Shown here: positions 1-9,184 of the stretch, one piece after another | Numbering within the stretch: position 1 is the first letter of the stretch | Layout: every line of letters begins with the position of its first letter | Origin: a virus | Taxonomy: Duplodnaviria; Caudoviricetes | Reading direction: 5' to 3' (one strand) | DNA: 64,000 bases | IMG/VR virus record: IMGVR_UViG_3300042154_002208 | Notes under the pieces: generated by a model | The model's input: only the letters and a program-made list of their open reading frames with translations | Databases searched by the model: none | What the model was told of the DNA's origin: nothing | Position numbers and translations under genes: made by a program

Positions 1-851
1 CTGGGCAAACTACAGCAGCAGCTGAAGCATTAGGCAGCAGCGGCTCTCCAGCATTTAACGAAATGTCTTTCTCTATTGACAAGACAACAGTTACTGCAAA
101 ATCACGTGCGTTGAAGGCTGAGTACACAGTTGAATTGGCACAAGACTTGAAAGCTATTCACGGTCTTGACGCTGAAGCAGAATTATCAAACATCTTGTCA
201 CAAGAATTCATGTTTGAAATTAACCGTGAAGTTGTTCGTACAATTTACAAAGTTGCTAAGCCAGGTTCTCCAGCTACAGCAACTGCAGGTACATTTGACT
301 TAGACGTTGACTCTAATGGACGTTGGTCTGTTGAGCGTTTCAAAGGTCTATTGTTCAACATTGAACGTGATGCTAATCACATTGCACAAGACACACGTCG
401 TGGTAAAGGTAACTTCATCGTTTGCTCTGCAGACGTTGCAAGTGCATTAGCTATGTCAGGTGTTCTAGACTACGCTCCAGCTTTAAGCACAAACTTAAAT
501 GTTGATGACACCGGCAACACTTTCGCAGGTGTTCTAAACGGACGCTACCGTGTATACATTGATCCGTATTCCAGCAATCTAGGTGACGCAAGTCAGTTCT
601 ACATGGTTGGTTATAAGGGTTCTTCTCCTTATGACGCAGGTATGTTCTACTGCCCATATGTTCCTTTACAAATGGTTCGCGCAGTTGATCCTAACAGCTT
701 CCAGCCAAAGATTGGCTTCAAGACACGTTATGGTTTAATTGCTAACCCATACGTTACATCTGCCGATGGCGTATCAGATGCAGATGCAGCATCATTCACA
801 GCAAATCGTAACCAATATTATCGTCGTACACAAGTGTTGAACTTGATGTAA
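1..851 (+). CDS. gp23: Major capsid protein gp23, C-terminal part (5' truncated by window)
   Basis: Frame open from base 3; T4 gp23 motifs KSRALKAEYTVELAQDLKAIHGLDAEAEL, FYCPYVPLQMVRA, FQPKIGFKTRYG. Confidence 0.97.
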   Translation, partial: GQTTAAAEALGSSGSPAFNEMSFSIDKTTVTAKSRALKAEYTVELAQDLKAIHGLDAEAELSNILSQEFMFEINREVVRTIYKVAKPGSPATATAGTFDLDVDSNGRWSVERFKGLLFNIERDANHIAQDTRRGKGNFIVCSADVASALAMSGVLDYAPALSTNLNVDDTGNTFAGVLNGRYRVYIDPYSSNLGDASQFYMVGYKGSSPYDAGMFYCPYVPLQMVRAVDPNSFQPKIGFKTRYGLIANPYVTSADGVSDADAASFTANRNQYYRRTQVLNLM

Positions 852-891
852 TTCGATATTATCGAGTAAGCCGACAAAGATCGGTACTTCT

Positions 892-918
892 AAAGGGGGG
901 CTTAGGCTCCCCTTTTTT
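892..918 (+). terminator. Intrinsic terminator after gp23
   Basis: G-rich stem GGGGGC-TTAG-GCTCCCC followed by TTTTTT. Confidence 0.85.
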
Positions 919-922
919 GCCT

Positions 923-930
923 TATAAATA
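923..930 (+). promoter_or_regulatory. T4-type late promoter (gp55-dependent)
   Basis: Exact TATAAATA upstream of gp3 RBS (GGAGG). Confidence 0.8.
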
Positions 931-948
931 TAATAACGGAGGAAAGAA

Positions 949-1533
949 ATGTATACTGCAAATGTAAATGTAGCAAAGCAAAATTATGCAAATTCATTAC
1001 CCACGACATATGATTATCTAAGACCGAATGCTTTCCGATTTTCTGTTAAGGATATTCCCAATGTGTCTTTTACTTGCCAATCAGCTAATTTGCCCCAGCT
1101 TGCATTAGGGTTTGCATCGCAACCTACCCCGTTTACTGACATTCCACGTATCGGTGATAAACTAGAATTCGGAGAGTTTACAATTAGATTTTTGATATCG
1201 GAAGATATGTCCAATTATTTGGAATTATACAATTGGTTAGTGGCTTTAGGTTTTCCTAAAGATTATACACAATTTGGCGCGCTAATAAAAAATAGACCTA
1301 GTAGATTCCCGTTTAAGGTGAATCAACAAGGTGAATCGGAAGTTTTGGCATACTCGGATGCAACTTTAACGATTTTAGACTCGACAAATACACCTAAAGT
1401 ACATATAATATATAAGGATATATTCCCAGTCTCATTAGAAGGACTGGATTTTGATATTGCATCTGCCGGTGTGGAATATTTTACCGCAATTGCTTCTTTT
1501 AAATATACTTTGTTTGAAGTGGAGCGACTTTAA
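949..1533 (+). CDS. gp3: Tail completion/sheath stabiliser gp3
   Basis: YLRPNAFRF..IPNVSFTCQSANLP..GDKLEFGEFTIRFLISEDMSNYLELYNW pattern; canonical position after gp23. Confidence 0.85.
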   Translation: MYTANVNVAKQNYANSLPTTYDYLRPNAFRFSVKDIPNVSFTCQSANLPQLALGFASQPTPFTDIPRIGDKLEFGEFTIRFLISEDMSNYLELYNWLVALGFPKDYTQFGALIKNRPSRFPFKVNQQGESEVLAYSDATLTILDSTNTPKVHIIYKDIFPVSLEGLDFDIASAGVEYFTAIASFKYTLFEVERL

Positions 1534-1549
1534 TTAATATGGAGATTTT

Positions 1550-2458
1550 ATGGCTAACAACAATAAACCTGGACTGAAGAACATTCCAAAAATTCCGGTT
1601 CCTAAGTTTAACAAACCCCCGGTCGCAGAAGCGGCACCCCCTGCAGCTCAACCGGGGCAATTGCAAATCAACATTGATGATTTGCGTAAAGAAAGAATCT
1701 TTGTAGCTACACCGTGTTATGGTGGCATGCTTACAGAGGCATATTTCCGCTCAATGGTTCGTACATTGACATTCTTCAATCAACATCAAATCCCATTGGC
1801 GTTTGGTACTATTGCAAATGAGTCTTTAGTTACTCGTGCTCGCAATGTGTTGGTTGCATATTTCCTTCAAAGCAACTACACTCGTTTGCTCTTTATTGAT
1901 GCTGACATTGAGTTCCAAGTTGAAGACGTTCTCAAATTGATTGCTCACAACAAAGAAGTTTGTGTTGGTGCATATCCTAAAAAGGGTGTCAATTGGCAAC
2001 GTATTAAGGATAGCATTAACTCTAGACCAGGTCAAGATATTTCTGATAGAGATATTGCAGCTGCTGGTTCGGACTATGCAATTAACTTTAAGTTTGTTAA
2101 TCGTGAGGCAAAACAAATTGCTATTGAAAACGGCGTAATTAAATTGCATGATGGCGCAACCGGCTTTATGATGATTAAGCGCGAGGCAATTGACAAGATG
2201 ATTGCAGCATACCCAGAGTTGAAGTATAACAATGATTTGAATACTCCTCCAGATTTGCAAGACTTCTTCTATGCATTCTTTGACACCATGATTGATCCCA
2301 AAGACAAGCGCTACCTGTCAGAAGATTATACATTCAGCAGACGTTGGCAAGATATCGGTGGCGACATTTGGCTCGATCCAACAATCTCATTGAATCACTA
2401 CGGTTCATTTAATTTCCAGGGCAACCCTGCTCAGATTATTCAGATTAGTCCTCAGTAA
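1550..2458 (+). CDS. GT-A-fold glycosyltransferase-like protein
   Basis: FVATPCYGG, NESLVTRARN, LFIDADIEF (DxD), YLSEDYTF motifs. Confidence 0.7.
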   Translation: MANNNKPGLKNIPKIPVPKFNKPPVAEAAPPAAQPGQLQINIDDLRKERIFVATPCYGGMLTEAYFRSMVRTLTFFNQHQIPLAFGTIANESLVTRARNVLVAYFLQSNYTRLLFIDADIEFQVEDVLKLIAHNKEVCVGAYPKKGVNWQRIKDSINSRPGQDISDRDIAAAGSDYAINFKFVNREAKQIAIENGVIKLHDGATGFMMIKREAIDKMIAAYPELKYNNDLNTPPDLQDFFYAFFDTMIDPKDKRYLSEDYTFSRRWQDIGGDIWLDPTISLNHYGSFNFQGNPAQIIQISPQ

Positions 2459-2898
2459 TGAAATTATCTGACCTGCAGGAAATGTGGGCAGATGATTGTA
2501 AGATTAATGAAACTAATCTCGGACATGAATCTGCTCGCACACCTTTATTACATTCTAAGTATTTGAATTTTTTATCATCTACTCGGCTTAACCTACGCAA
2601 AGCAGAGTCTGAATATCTCAACCTTCGCAGAAAAAAATACAAGTATTATAGGGGAGAAATGACCCAGCTTGAATTATCAGATGAAGGTTGGACTCAATGG
2701 CAAGGAAACAAACCATTGAAAAATGAGATGGACGAATTTTTGCAGGTTGACGCAGATTTAATTTTACTACAAGACAAAGTAGAATACTTTAAAACTGTTA
2801 TGTATCAATTAGAACAAATTATAAGATCTTTAAACAGTAGAACATGGGACATCAAGAATAGTATTGAATGGTCCAAGTTTACAAACGGTATGATGTAA
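2458..2898 (+). CDS. uvsY: Recombination mediator UvsY
   Basis: WADDCKI..LHSKYL..RTWDIKNSIEW pattern; directly upstream of uvsW. Confidence 0.88.
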   Translation: MKLSDLQEMWADDCKINETNLGHESARTPLLHSKYLNFLSSTRLNLRKAESEYLNLRRKKYKYYRGEMTQLELSDEGWTQWQGNKPLKNEMDEFLQVDADLILLQDKVEYFKTVMYQLEQIIRSLNSRTWDIKNSIEWSKFTNGMM

Positions 2899-4385
2899 TG
2901 TCCGACAAAATAAGCGTACGAAAAAAAAATGAAGTGTATCTACAAGTTGATACTGAACCTTCAATTGCTCAAGAACTAAATGACCATTTTTCATTCGAAG
3001 TTCCTGGCGCAAAGTTTCATCCACTATACAAATCTCGTATGTGGGATGGACGCGTACGTCTTTTTTCCATGTTTACCAAAGAGCTTTATATTGGTCTAAA
3101 AGACTATTTAGAGCAATTTGCAAAAGAACGCGATTACATATTTGATGATTCGCAGTATGAAAAAACTGCAGATGTTTGCACTATAGATGAAGTAAAAGAA
3201 TTTGTTAAAAGTTTAAATATTGCATCCAAAGGACAACCTCTTGAAATACGAGAGTATCAAATTGAAGCAATACATAAAGCTATTAATGATGGCAGACGGT
3301 TATTGTTATCTCCCACTGGATCAGGCAAATCTTATATTATATACTGTTTAATTCGCTGGCATGAGCTAAGAGGAAGAAGACAATTAATTCTTGTTCCTAC
3401 TACATCGCTGGTTGAACAGATGTATTCCGATTTCCAAGATTATTCTAGTATTAATAATTGGAAAACTTCTGAGCATTGTCATCGCATTTATGGTGGACAT
3501 GAAAAGTCTAATGAGTATGATGTAATTATTAGTACTTGGCAATCTATTTACAAATTACCTAAACAATTCTTTGCAGATTTTAAAGCAGTGTATGGAGATG
3601 AGGCGCATTTATTTAAAGCTAAATCTTTAACAGGGATTTTAAATAAAATGCCAGATACTCCTTATAGAATTGGAACTACCGGTACGTTAGACGGCACCCA
3701 AACACATAAGCTAGTTCTTGAAGGAATGTTTGGCCCAGTTTATAAAGTCACAACAACTAAAAAATTAATCACAAGTAAAACACTTGCTGATCTGCAAATT
3801 TATAATCTTGTTTTGGATTATCCGGATGAAGTTAAAAAAGCACTCAAAGGAAAAACATACCAAGAAGAAATGGACTTTATTGTTGGTTACGAACCTCGCA
3901 ATAAATTTATCCGAAATCTTGCAATCAAACAAACGGGCAATAGTTTAGTACTATTTCAATATGTTGAGAAACACGGCAAAATGTTACATGAGATGATTCA
4001 ATCCAAAGCAGAAAATCGAAAGGTGTTTTTTGTTTATGGTGGAACTGATACAGAACAACGTGAGGAAATTCGTCGATTGACAGAATCCGAAAAGGATGCT
4101 ATAATAGTGGCTTCATACGGAACTTTTTCTACGGGGATAAATATTAAAAACCTGCATAATATTATTTTTGCTTCTCCCTCAAAATCTCGTGTTCGAAATT
4201 TGCAATCAATTGGGCGAGGATTGAGAACAAGTGAAACAAAAGATAGTTGCAACCTATATGATATAGGCGATGATTTAACATGGAAGTCTAAAAAGAATTA
4301 TACGTTGTTACACATGATTGAAAGAATTAAAATTTATAATGACGAGCATTTTGATTACAAATTACTAAGGATACCTATTCAATGA
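2898..4385 (+). CDS. uvsW: SF2 DNA helicase UvsW
   Basis: SPTGSGKS Walker A, GDEAH, GTTGT, QSIGRGLR; start at ATG 2898 overlapping uvsY stop. Confidence 0.95.
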   Translation: MSDKISVRKKNEVYLQVDTEPSIAQELNDHFSFEVPGAKFHPLYKSRMWDGRVRLFSMFTKELYIGLKDYLEQFAKERDYIFDDSQYEKTADVCTIDEVKEFVKSLNIASKGQPLEIREYQIEAIHKAINDGRRLLLSPTGSGKSYIIYCLIRWHELRGRRQLILVPTTSLVEQMYSDFQDYSSINNWKTSEHCHRIYGGHEKSNEYDVIISTWQSIYKLPKQFFADFKAVYGDEAHLFKAKSLTGILNKMPDTPYRIGTTGTLDGTQTHKLVLEGMFGPVYKVTTTKKLITSKTLADLQIYNLVLDYPDEVKKALKGKTYQEEMDFIVGYEPRNKFIRNLAIKQTGNSLVLFQYVEKHGKMLHEMIQSKAENRKVFFVYGGTDTEQREEIRRLTESEKDAIIVASYGTFSTGINIKNLHNIIFASPSKSRVRNLQSIGRGLRTSETKDSCNLYDIGDDLTWKSKKNYTLLHMIERIKIYNDEHFDYKLLRIPIQ

Positions 4386-4822
4386 ACGATCCTAATGTTA
4401 AAATTTTAAAATTAACAAGTGGTGAAGATATAATATGTAAAACATTCGATGAATGTAAAGACCTCAAAGGTCGTAATATATCAATTACAGATCCTGTAGT
4501 GTTAAATCAGATTAGAATGCCAAGAGGAGATATGATTGTAGAATCATATATTTTATCCCCTTGGGTAGCATTAGGAAACACAGAAAGTTTTGAGATATCA
4601 ACAGATCATATCATAGTTGCTGTTGATACAAAAGAAACATTAAAAGATAATTATATAAAATTCATAGATTCCAGGTCAGATCCTGAAATTTCTGAGGTTG
4701 AGGAAAAGGATTTGGAAAAAGAACAAATCCAAGAAATTGTAGATAAATTTATAAACACACTTGAAGAAGAGCATAATGAAAACAAAGAACCCCCTAAAAG
4801 ACGTGGAAGAACTCTCCACTGA
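4382..4822 (+). CDS. Conserved T4-like hypothetical protein (Sm-like N-terminus)
   Basis: VKILKLTSGEDII motif; typical position between uvsW and gp55. Confidence 0.65.
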   Translation: MNDPNVKILKLTSGEDIICKTFDECKDLKGRNISITDPVVLNQIRMPRGDMIVESYILSPWVALGNTESFEISTDHIIVAVDTKETLKDNYIKFIDSRSDPEISEVEEKDLEKEQIQEIVDKFINTLEEEHNENKEPPKRRGRTLH

Positions 4823-5396
4823 AATAGCTGAAGTAGTTAAGGAAGTAAAAATTCCTACTTCGTCTCACTATGTAGACAATAAAAAGTTTTTACAAGCTCT
4901 TATTGAATATAGACAAAGTGTAGTTGATGCGGCGGCCGAAGGAAAAGAACCACCTATTGTATCTAACTACATAGGTGAATGCTTTATTAAAATTGCAACA
5001 CATTTATCTTATAAATCTAATTTCATTAATTATACATTTAAAGATGATATGATTTCGGATGGAATTGAAAATTGTCTAACTGCTGTTGCCAAATTTGACC
5101 CATCCAAAGGATCAAATCCTTTCGCATATTATACTCAAATTATATACTTTGCTTTTATTAGACGTATCCAAAAAGAAAAGAAGCAACAAGCTACTAAGTA
5201 TAAATTGATTGAGAATATGGATATTGATTCATTAATTCTTCAAGAACATGACAACGGTGAATTTGGTAATCAGTTCTTAGATTACTTAAAACGGCAAATG
5301 GATACTATTGATATTGAAAAACGGGTAATTTCACCTCCTAAAAAGAACAAAATAATTACGGATGATTCGAGCAATCCACTTGACTTAGATGACTAA
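4761..5396 (+). CDS. gp55: Late transcription sigma factor gp55
   Basis: HYVDNKKFL, YIGECFIKIA, DMISDGIENC, NPFAYYTQIIYFAFIRRIQKEKKQ; exact start uncertain. Confidence 0.95.
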   Translation: MKKSIMKTKNPLKDVEELSTEIAEVVKEVKIPTSSHYVDNKKFLQALIEYRQSVVDAAAEGKEPPIVSNYIGECFIKIATHLSYKSNFINYTFKDDMISDGIENCLTAVAKFDPSKGSNPFAYYTQIIYFAFIRRIQKEKKQQATKYKLIENMDIDSLILQEHDNGEFGNQFLDYLKRQMDTIDIEKRVISPPKKNKIITDDSSNPLDLDD

Positions 5397-5408
5397 ACAC
5401 TATATAAT
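5380..5408 (+). promoter_or_regulatory. Sigma70-type early promoter for the deazaguanine cluster
   Basis: TTGACT(5380)-17 nt-TATAAT(5403), overlapping the 3' end of gp55. Confidence 0.8.
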
Positions 5409-5433
5409 ATGAGTATTGTTGAACGGAGTCATT

Positions 5434-6303
5434 ATGGCTAAACTTAAAATTTCAGAACTATTTTATTCAATTCAAGGCGAAGGCCGGTATATGGGTGTAC
5501 CATCTGTGTTCTTAAGAACATTTGGTTGCAATTTTACTTGTGACGGATTTGGTATGCCAAAGGGCGAAAAAAGCGATGAACGAAATGTTATCTCAATTAA
5601 AGCAGACAGTTTTAAAAATTACAATGACTTGCCTCTTGTACATACTGGCTGCGATTCCTATGCTAGTTGGGACCCTCGTTTTAAGCATCTTAGCCCTGTA
5701 CTCGATGTTAAAGATGTTGTGGAAGCAATCGTCGATACACTCCCACATAAAGAATGGAAAGACGAACACCTAGTTATTACTGGCGGTGAACCTTTATTGG
5801 GTTGGCAAAAACAATATCCGGAATTACTCGGTAATGAAAAAATGATAGCATTGAAAGAATTGACATTTGAGACAAATGGTACACAACCTTTGTCTAGCGA
5901 ATTTAAACAATATCTTTTAAATTGGACACTAAATAATAAAGGTCGCACTAGCAAAAGAGGTGTCGATGCTTTAACATTTTCAGTTTCACCTAAACTATCT
6001 GTATCGGGTGAAAAGTGGGAAGATGCAATTTGCCCAGAAATTGTAGCAGGTTATGAATGGTGCGGTTACACGTATCTTAAATTTGTGATTGGATCTAAAG
6101 AAGATGCAGAAGAAGCGGAACAGGCAGTAAATGCATATCGTAAAGCTGGTTTCTCAGGTCCTGTTTATCTTATGCCTCTCGGTGGAACTGAGCGGCTGTA
6201 CTCTCTTAATAATCGCAGCGTTGCAGAGTACGCAATGCAAAAAGGTTGGAGATATTCCGACCGACTACAAATCCCATTGTTTAAAAACGCATGGGGCACT
6301 TAA
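5434..6303 (+). CDS. queE: 7-carboxy-7-deazaguanine synthase (radical SAM)
   Basis: ELFYSIQGEG, FLRTFGCNFTC..GCDS, VITGGEP, ETNGT, SPKL, RLQIPLF. Confidence 0.92.
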   Translation: MAKLKISELFYSIQGEGRYMGVPSVFLRTFGCNFTCDGFGMPKGEKSDERNVISIKADSFKNYNDLPLVHTGCDSYASWDPRFKHLSPVLDVKDVVEAIVDTLPHKEWKDEHLVITGGEPLLGWQKQYPELLGNEKMIALKELTFETNGTQPLSSEFKQYLLNWTLNNKGRTSKRGVDALTFSVSPKLSVSGEKWEDAICPEIVAGYEWCGYTYLKFVIGSKEDAEEAEQAVNAYRKAGFSGPVYLMPLGGTERLYSLNNRSVAEYAMQKGWRYSDRLQIPLFKNAWGT

Positions 6304-6319
6304 CTAAAAGGAAAATAAC

Positions 6320-6514
6320 ATGAGCGCACATAACGACATTGAAACAAGTTTAGCGGCATATAATGCTGAGAATGAGAAATTTAACAAAGGCAATGCAGCC
6401 GCAGGTACACGTACTCGCAAAGCATTAGCAGAGTTAGCCAAAGCAGTTAAAGCACGTCGCAATGAAATTACTGCCGAAAAAGCAGCTAGAGCAGAAGCAA
6501 AAACTAAGGCATAA
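6320..6514 (+). CDS. Small basic histone H1-like (Hc1-type) protein
   Basis: KGNAAAGTRTRKALAELAKAVKARR resembles the Hc1 domain; Ala/Lys-rich tail. Confidence 0.6.
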   Translation: MSAHNDIETSLAAYNAENEKFNKGNAAAGTRTRKALAELAKAVKARRNEITAEKAARAEAKTKA

Positions 6515-6631
6515 TTATGGTCACCTGTAACAAGTCAGTAAGGCGTGTGCAGGTGTACCAATATCAAATACTTATGTTACACAACGGTAACATACTATCA
6601 AAAATAAACCATCACAAAGGAAGGTTATCAA

Positions 6632-7315
6632 ATGAGTTTTAATAAAACTAAATGCGACCCAGAATTGGGTCTTAGAGTACACGAACACCTAGTTAAAATT
6701 GGTGTTGAAACTCCAACAACAAAATCATTAATTCCAGATCGTAAAGATAAGATAGCAGTTATCGAACCTTTATTTGCCAAGATCATGGAAACACTTGGAC
6801 TTGATCTTACTGATGATAGTCTAATTGAAACACCTAAGCGCGTTGCCAAGATGTATGTAAATGAAATCTTTTGGGGGCTTGATTATGAAGCATTTCCAAA
6901 ATGCACAACCGTTGATAACAAAATGAAATACAATGAAATGGTTGTTGAACGTAATGTTAATGTTCAATCCAATTGTGAACATCACTTTGTCGTTATTGAT
7001 GGTTTAGCAACTGTTGCTTATGTTCCAAAAGACAAAGTTCTTGGTTTATCTAAAATTAATCGTATTGTGGAATATTTTAGCAAGCGACCACAGATTCAAG
7101 AACGATTAACAGAACAAATTTTTCACACACTACAATATATTCTTGATACTGAAGATGTTGCAGTCTTGATTGATGCTCAACATTATTGTGTTAAATCTAG
7201 AGGTGTCGAAGATACCGGAAGCTCTACTGTAACAGTTCGACTAGGTGGCGGATTTAAAAATCATCCAGAAGTAAGAAACGAGTTTTATCAGATTGCTCGA
7301 CAAGGATGTAAATGA
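6632..7315 (+). CDS. folE: GTP cyclohydrolase I
   Basis: ETPKRVAKMY, SNCEHH, GLSKINRIV, RPQIQERLT, HYCVKSRG. Confidence 0.96.
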   Translation: MSFNKTKCDPELGLRVHEHLVKIGVETPTTKSLIPDRKDKIAVIEPLFAKIMETLGLDLTDDSLIETPKRVAKMYVNEIFWGLDYEAFPKCTTVDNKMKYNEMVVERNVNVQSNCEHHFVVIDGLATVAYVPKDKVLGLSKINRIVEYFSKRPQIQERLTEQIFHTLQYILDTEDVAVLIDAQHYCVKSRGVEDTGSSTVTVRLGGGFKNHPEVRNEFYQIARQGCK

Positions 7316-7821
7316 CAGTAAATGTAATGGTTGACTTGGAGACAATGTCAACAAGATCGCATGCAGCTATTTGTTCAATCGGTGCAGTAAAATTTGAAGG
7401 CAGTAAAATTTTAGATACATTTTACTGCACGGTTGATCTTGCTAGTTGTAAAGAGGCGGGGATGCATATATCTAAAGCAACCGTCGAGTGGTGGTCTAAA
7501 CAAAATAAAGAAGCATTGCGGGAATTAACAAAGAATAATATCTCATTGCAAGAAGCTCTTGATAAATTTGAGTTATGGTTCGGTCCTAAAAGTCTACCTA
7601 TTTGGGGTAACGGTGCTGTATTTGATAACACAATCTTAGGCAATGCTTATTTTATTACAGGCAGAGAACCTCCTTGGAAATGCTGGGATGACCGTTGTTA
7701 TAGAACAGCGAAGGCAATGTTCAATTGGATTCCCGAAGCTAAACGCGAAGGCACGTATCATAATGCCTTAGATGATGCGATGCATCAAACAAAACATATA
7801 ATTAAAATTCTTGGTGAGTAA
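7312..7821 (+). CDS. DEDDh 3'-5' exonuclease (Rv2179c-like)
   Basis: MVDLET, SIGAVKF, WGNGAVFD, HNALDDA. Confidence 0.8.
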   Translation: MTVNVMVDLETMSTRSHAAICSIGAVKFEGSKILDTFYCTVDLASCKEAGMHISKATVEWWSKQNKEALRELTKNNISLQEALDKFELWFGPKSLPIWGNGAVFDNTILGNAYFITGREPPWKCWDDRCYRTAKAMFNWIPEAKREGTYHNALDDAMHQTKHIIKILGE

Positions 7822-7822
7822 T

Positions 7823-9184
7823 ATGCGTCTTTATAAAAAGAGAGTTGCGTTTTGTATTAGCGATCAACACCTTGTACCTCATGGTGGCATTGGTCAATTT
7901 GCGAAAGGCTTTGTTGAAATGGCAAATACTATTGACTGGAAAGTTGATATTATTACTGACAAACCTACAACAAATGATTTTGCTAAATTAGTTGAATCAT
8001 TGGGTGCAAATTTAATTTCTCCTAAAAATGCTTTGTCGTATAAGAATCATACCGGTACCTTTGCATTTACAGATTCAATTAACTTTGAAAAGATGATTAA
8101 CTTTCGGGATGCTGTTATGAATGCGTTTCATACTAACGTCTATGATATGGTTATCTGTAATTCATTAGAGGCAATGCCCGCAGTATTGAGTTTTGATCTT
8201 AATAATTATATCCCTGTAGTATTCTACACGCATGAAGAGAGTATGGTGTTCCGTGATACCAGAAAATTTAAAGGTGTATTCTTAGAAAGTTGTAATGAAT
8301 TTTTTAACAACTTAATGACTCTTGAGAACTGTTATATCGGTACACAATCTGCTCGTAATGTTTCCGAAATTAAAAATAACGGCGGAGTAAGCGTAGAACA
8401 TTTAAATATGCCCATGTCTGAAAGAGAATTGCTCACAAGTGATTATTCTGAAAGAAAAGGCGTCTTATATATTGGTAGATGGGAAGACCGTAAAAATCCA
8501 GAAGCATTTCTAAAAGTAATTAAAGAAACTGGATTGCCTGCAAAGATTATGACCAATGCTAACGGCAAAAAGAAATTTGAAGCTCGTCTTGCAGAACTTG
8601 GTATAACCGACTATGAGATTAAGGCTGGTATTGTAGGTAAAGAAAAGGTAGACTTTATTAAATCTGCAAAAGTTCATTTTAATCCTTCACTAAGAGAAAA
8701 CTACCCATTCACATTTTTTGAATGTTTAGGTCATATGCCTTGTATTGTTATTGATAAATCTGAATGGGTAACTAATTTTGATAGTAAATATTATATTCGT
8801 TTGCCACTTAATGATGTAGCAAATACATTAAAGATTGAATATGCTGCTGATCGAAAAGAACGAAACCATGATGCGTTGCAGTATGTGAAGCATTTGGATT
8901 TTCAAACATCTGATAGATGGAAAAAGTTTCTTGCCGGCTACACTCAAACAGCTTTGGCCAGATCAGATTCGGCAAAAATTAATGATTACTCCGAAATCAA
9001 ATATTCGGACTTTATTAAAATCCTAAATAGAACACAATTAGCTATAGATGATGTCAAAAGTATATTGACAAATAAGTCTAAATATAATATAATCTATACA
9101 GACAACGACACATACCTATCTAAAGATCCTAATTTTATACCAAAAGAAGAAGTTGCTTCTTCATTAGAAAGCCTGTTTGCATGA
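7823..9184 (+). CDS. GT-B (family 4-like) glycosyltransferase with C-terminal extension
   Basis: GGIGQF N-terminal motif, LYIGRWEDRKNP, FNPSLRENYPFTFFECLG. Confidence 0.8.
   Translation: MRLYKKRVAFCISDQHLVPHGGIGQFAKGFVEMANTIDWKVDIITDKPTTNDFAKLVESLGANLISPKNALSYKNHTGTFAFTDSINFEKMINFRDAVMNAFHTNVYDMVICNSLEAMPAVLSFDLNNYIPVVFYTHEESMVFRDTRKFKGVFLESCNEFFNNLMTLENCYIGTQSARNVSEIKNNGGVSVEHLNMPMSERELLTSDYSERKGVLYIGRWEDRKNPEAFLKVIKETGLPAKIMTNANGKKKFEARLAELGITDYEIKAGIVGKEKVDFIKSAKVHFNPSLRENYPFTFFECLGHMPCIVIDKSEWVTNFDSKYYIRLPLNDVANTLKIEYAADRKERNHDALQYVKHLDFQTSDRWKKFLAGYTQTALARSDSAKINDYSEIKYSDFIKILNRTQLAIDDVKSILTNKSKYNIIYTDNDTYLSKDPNFIPKEEVASSLESLFA

Noticed and set aside
6514-6632. preQ1 riboswitch upstream of folE
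   Set aside because: Lacks the preQ1-I stem/loop and A-rich tail consensus
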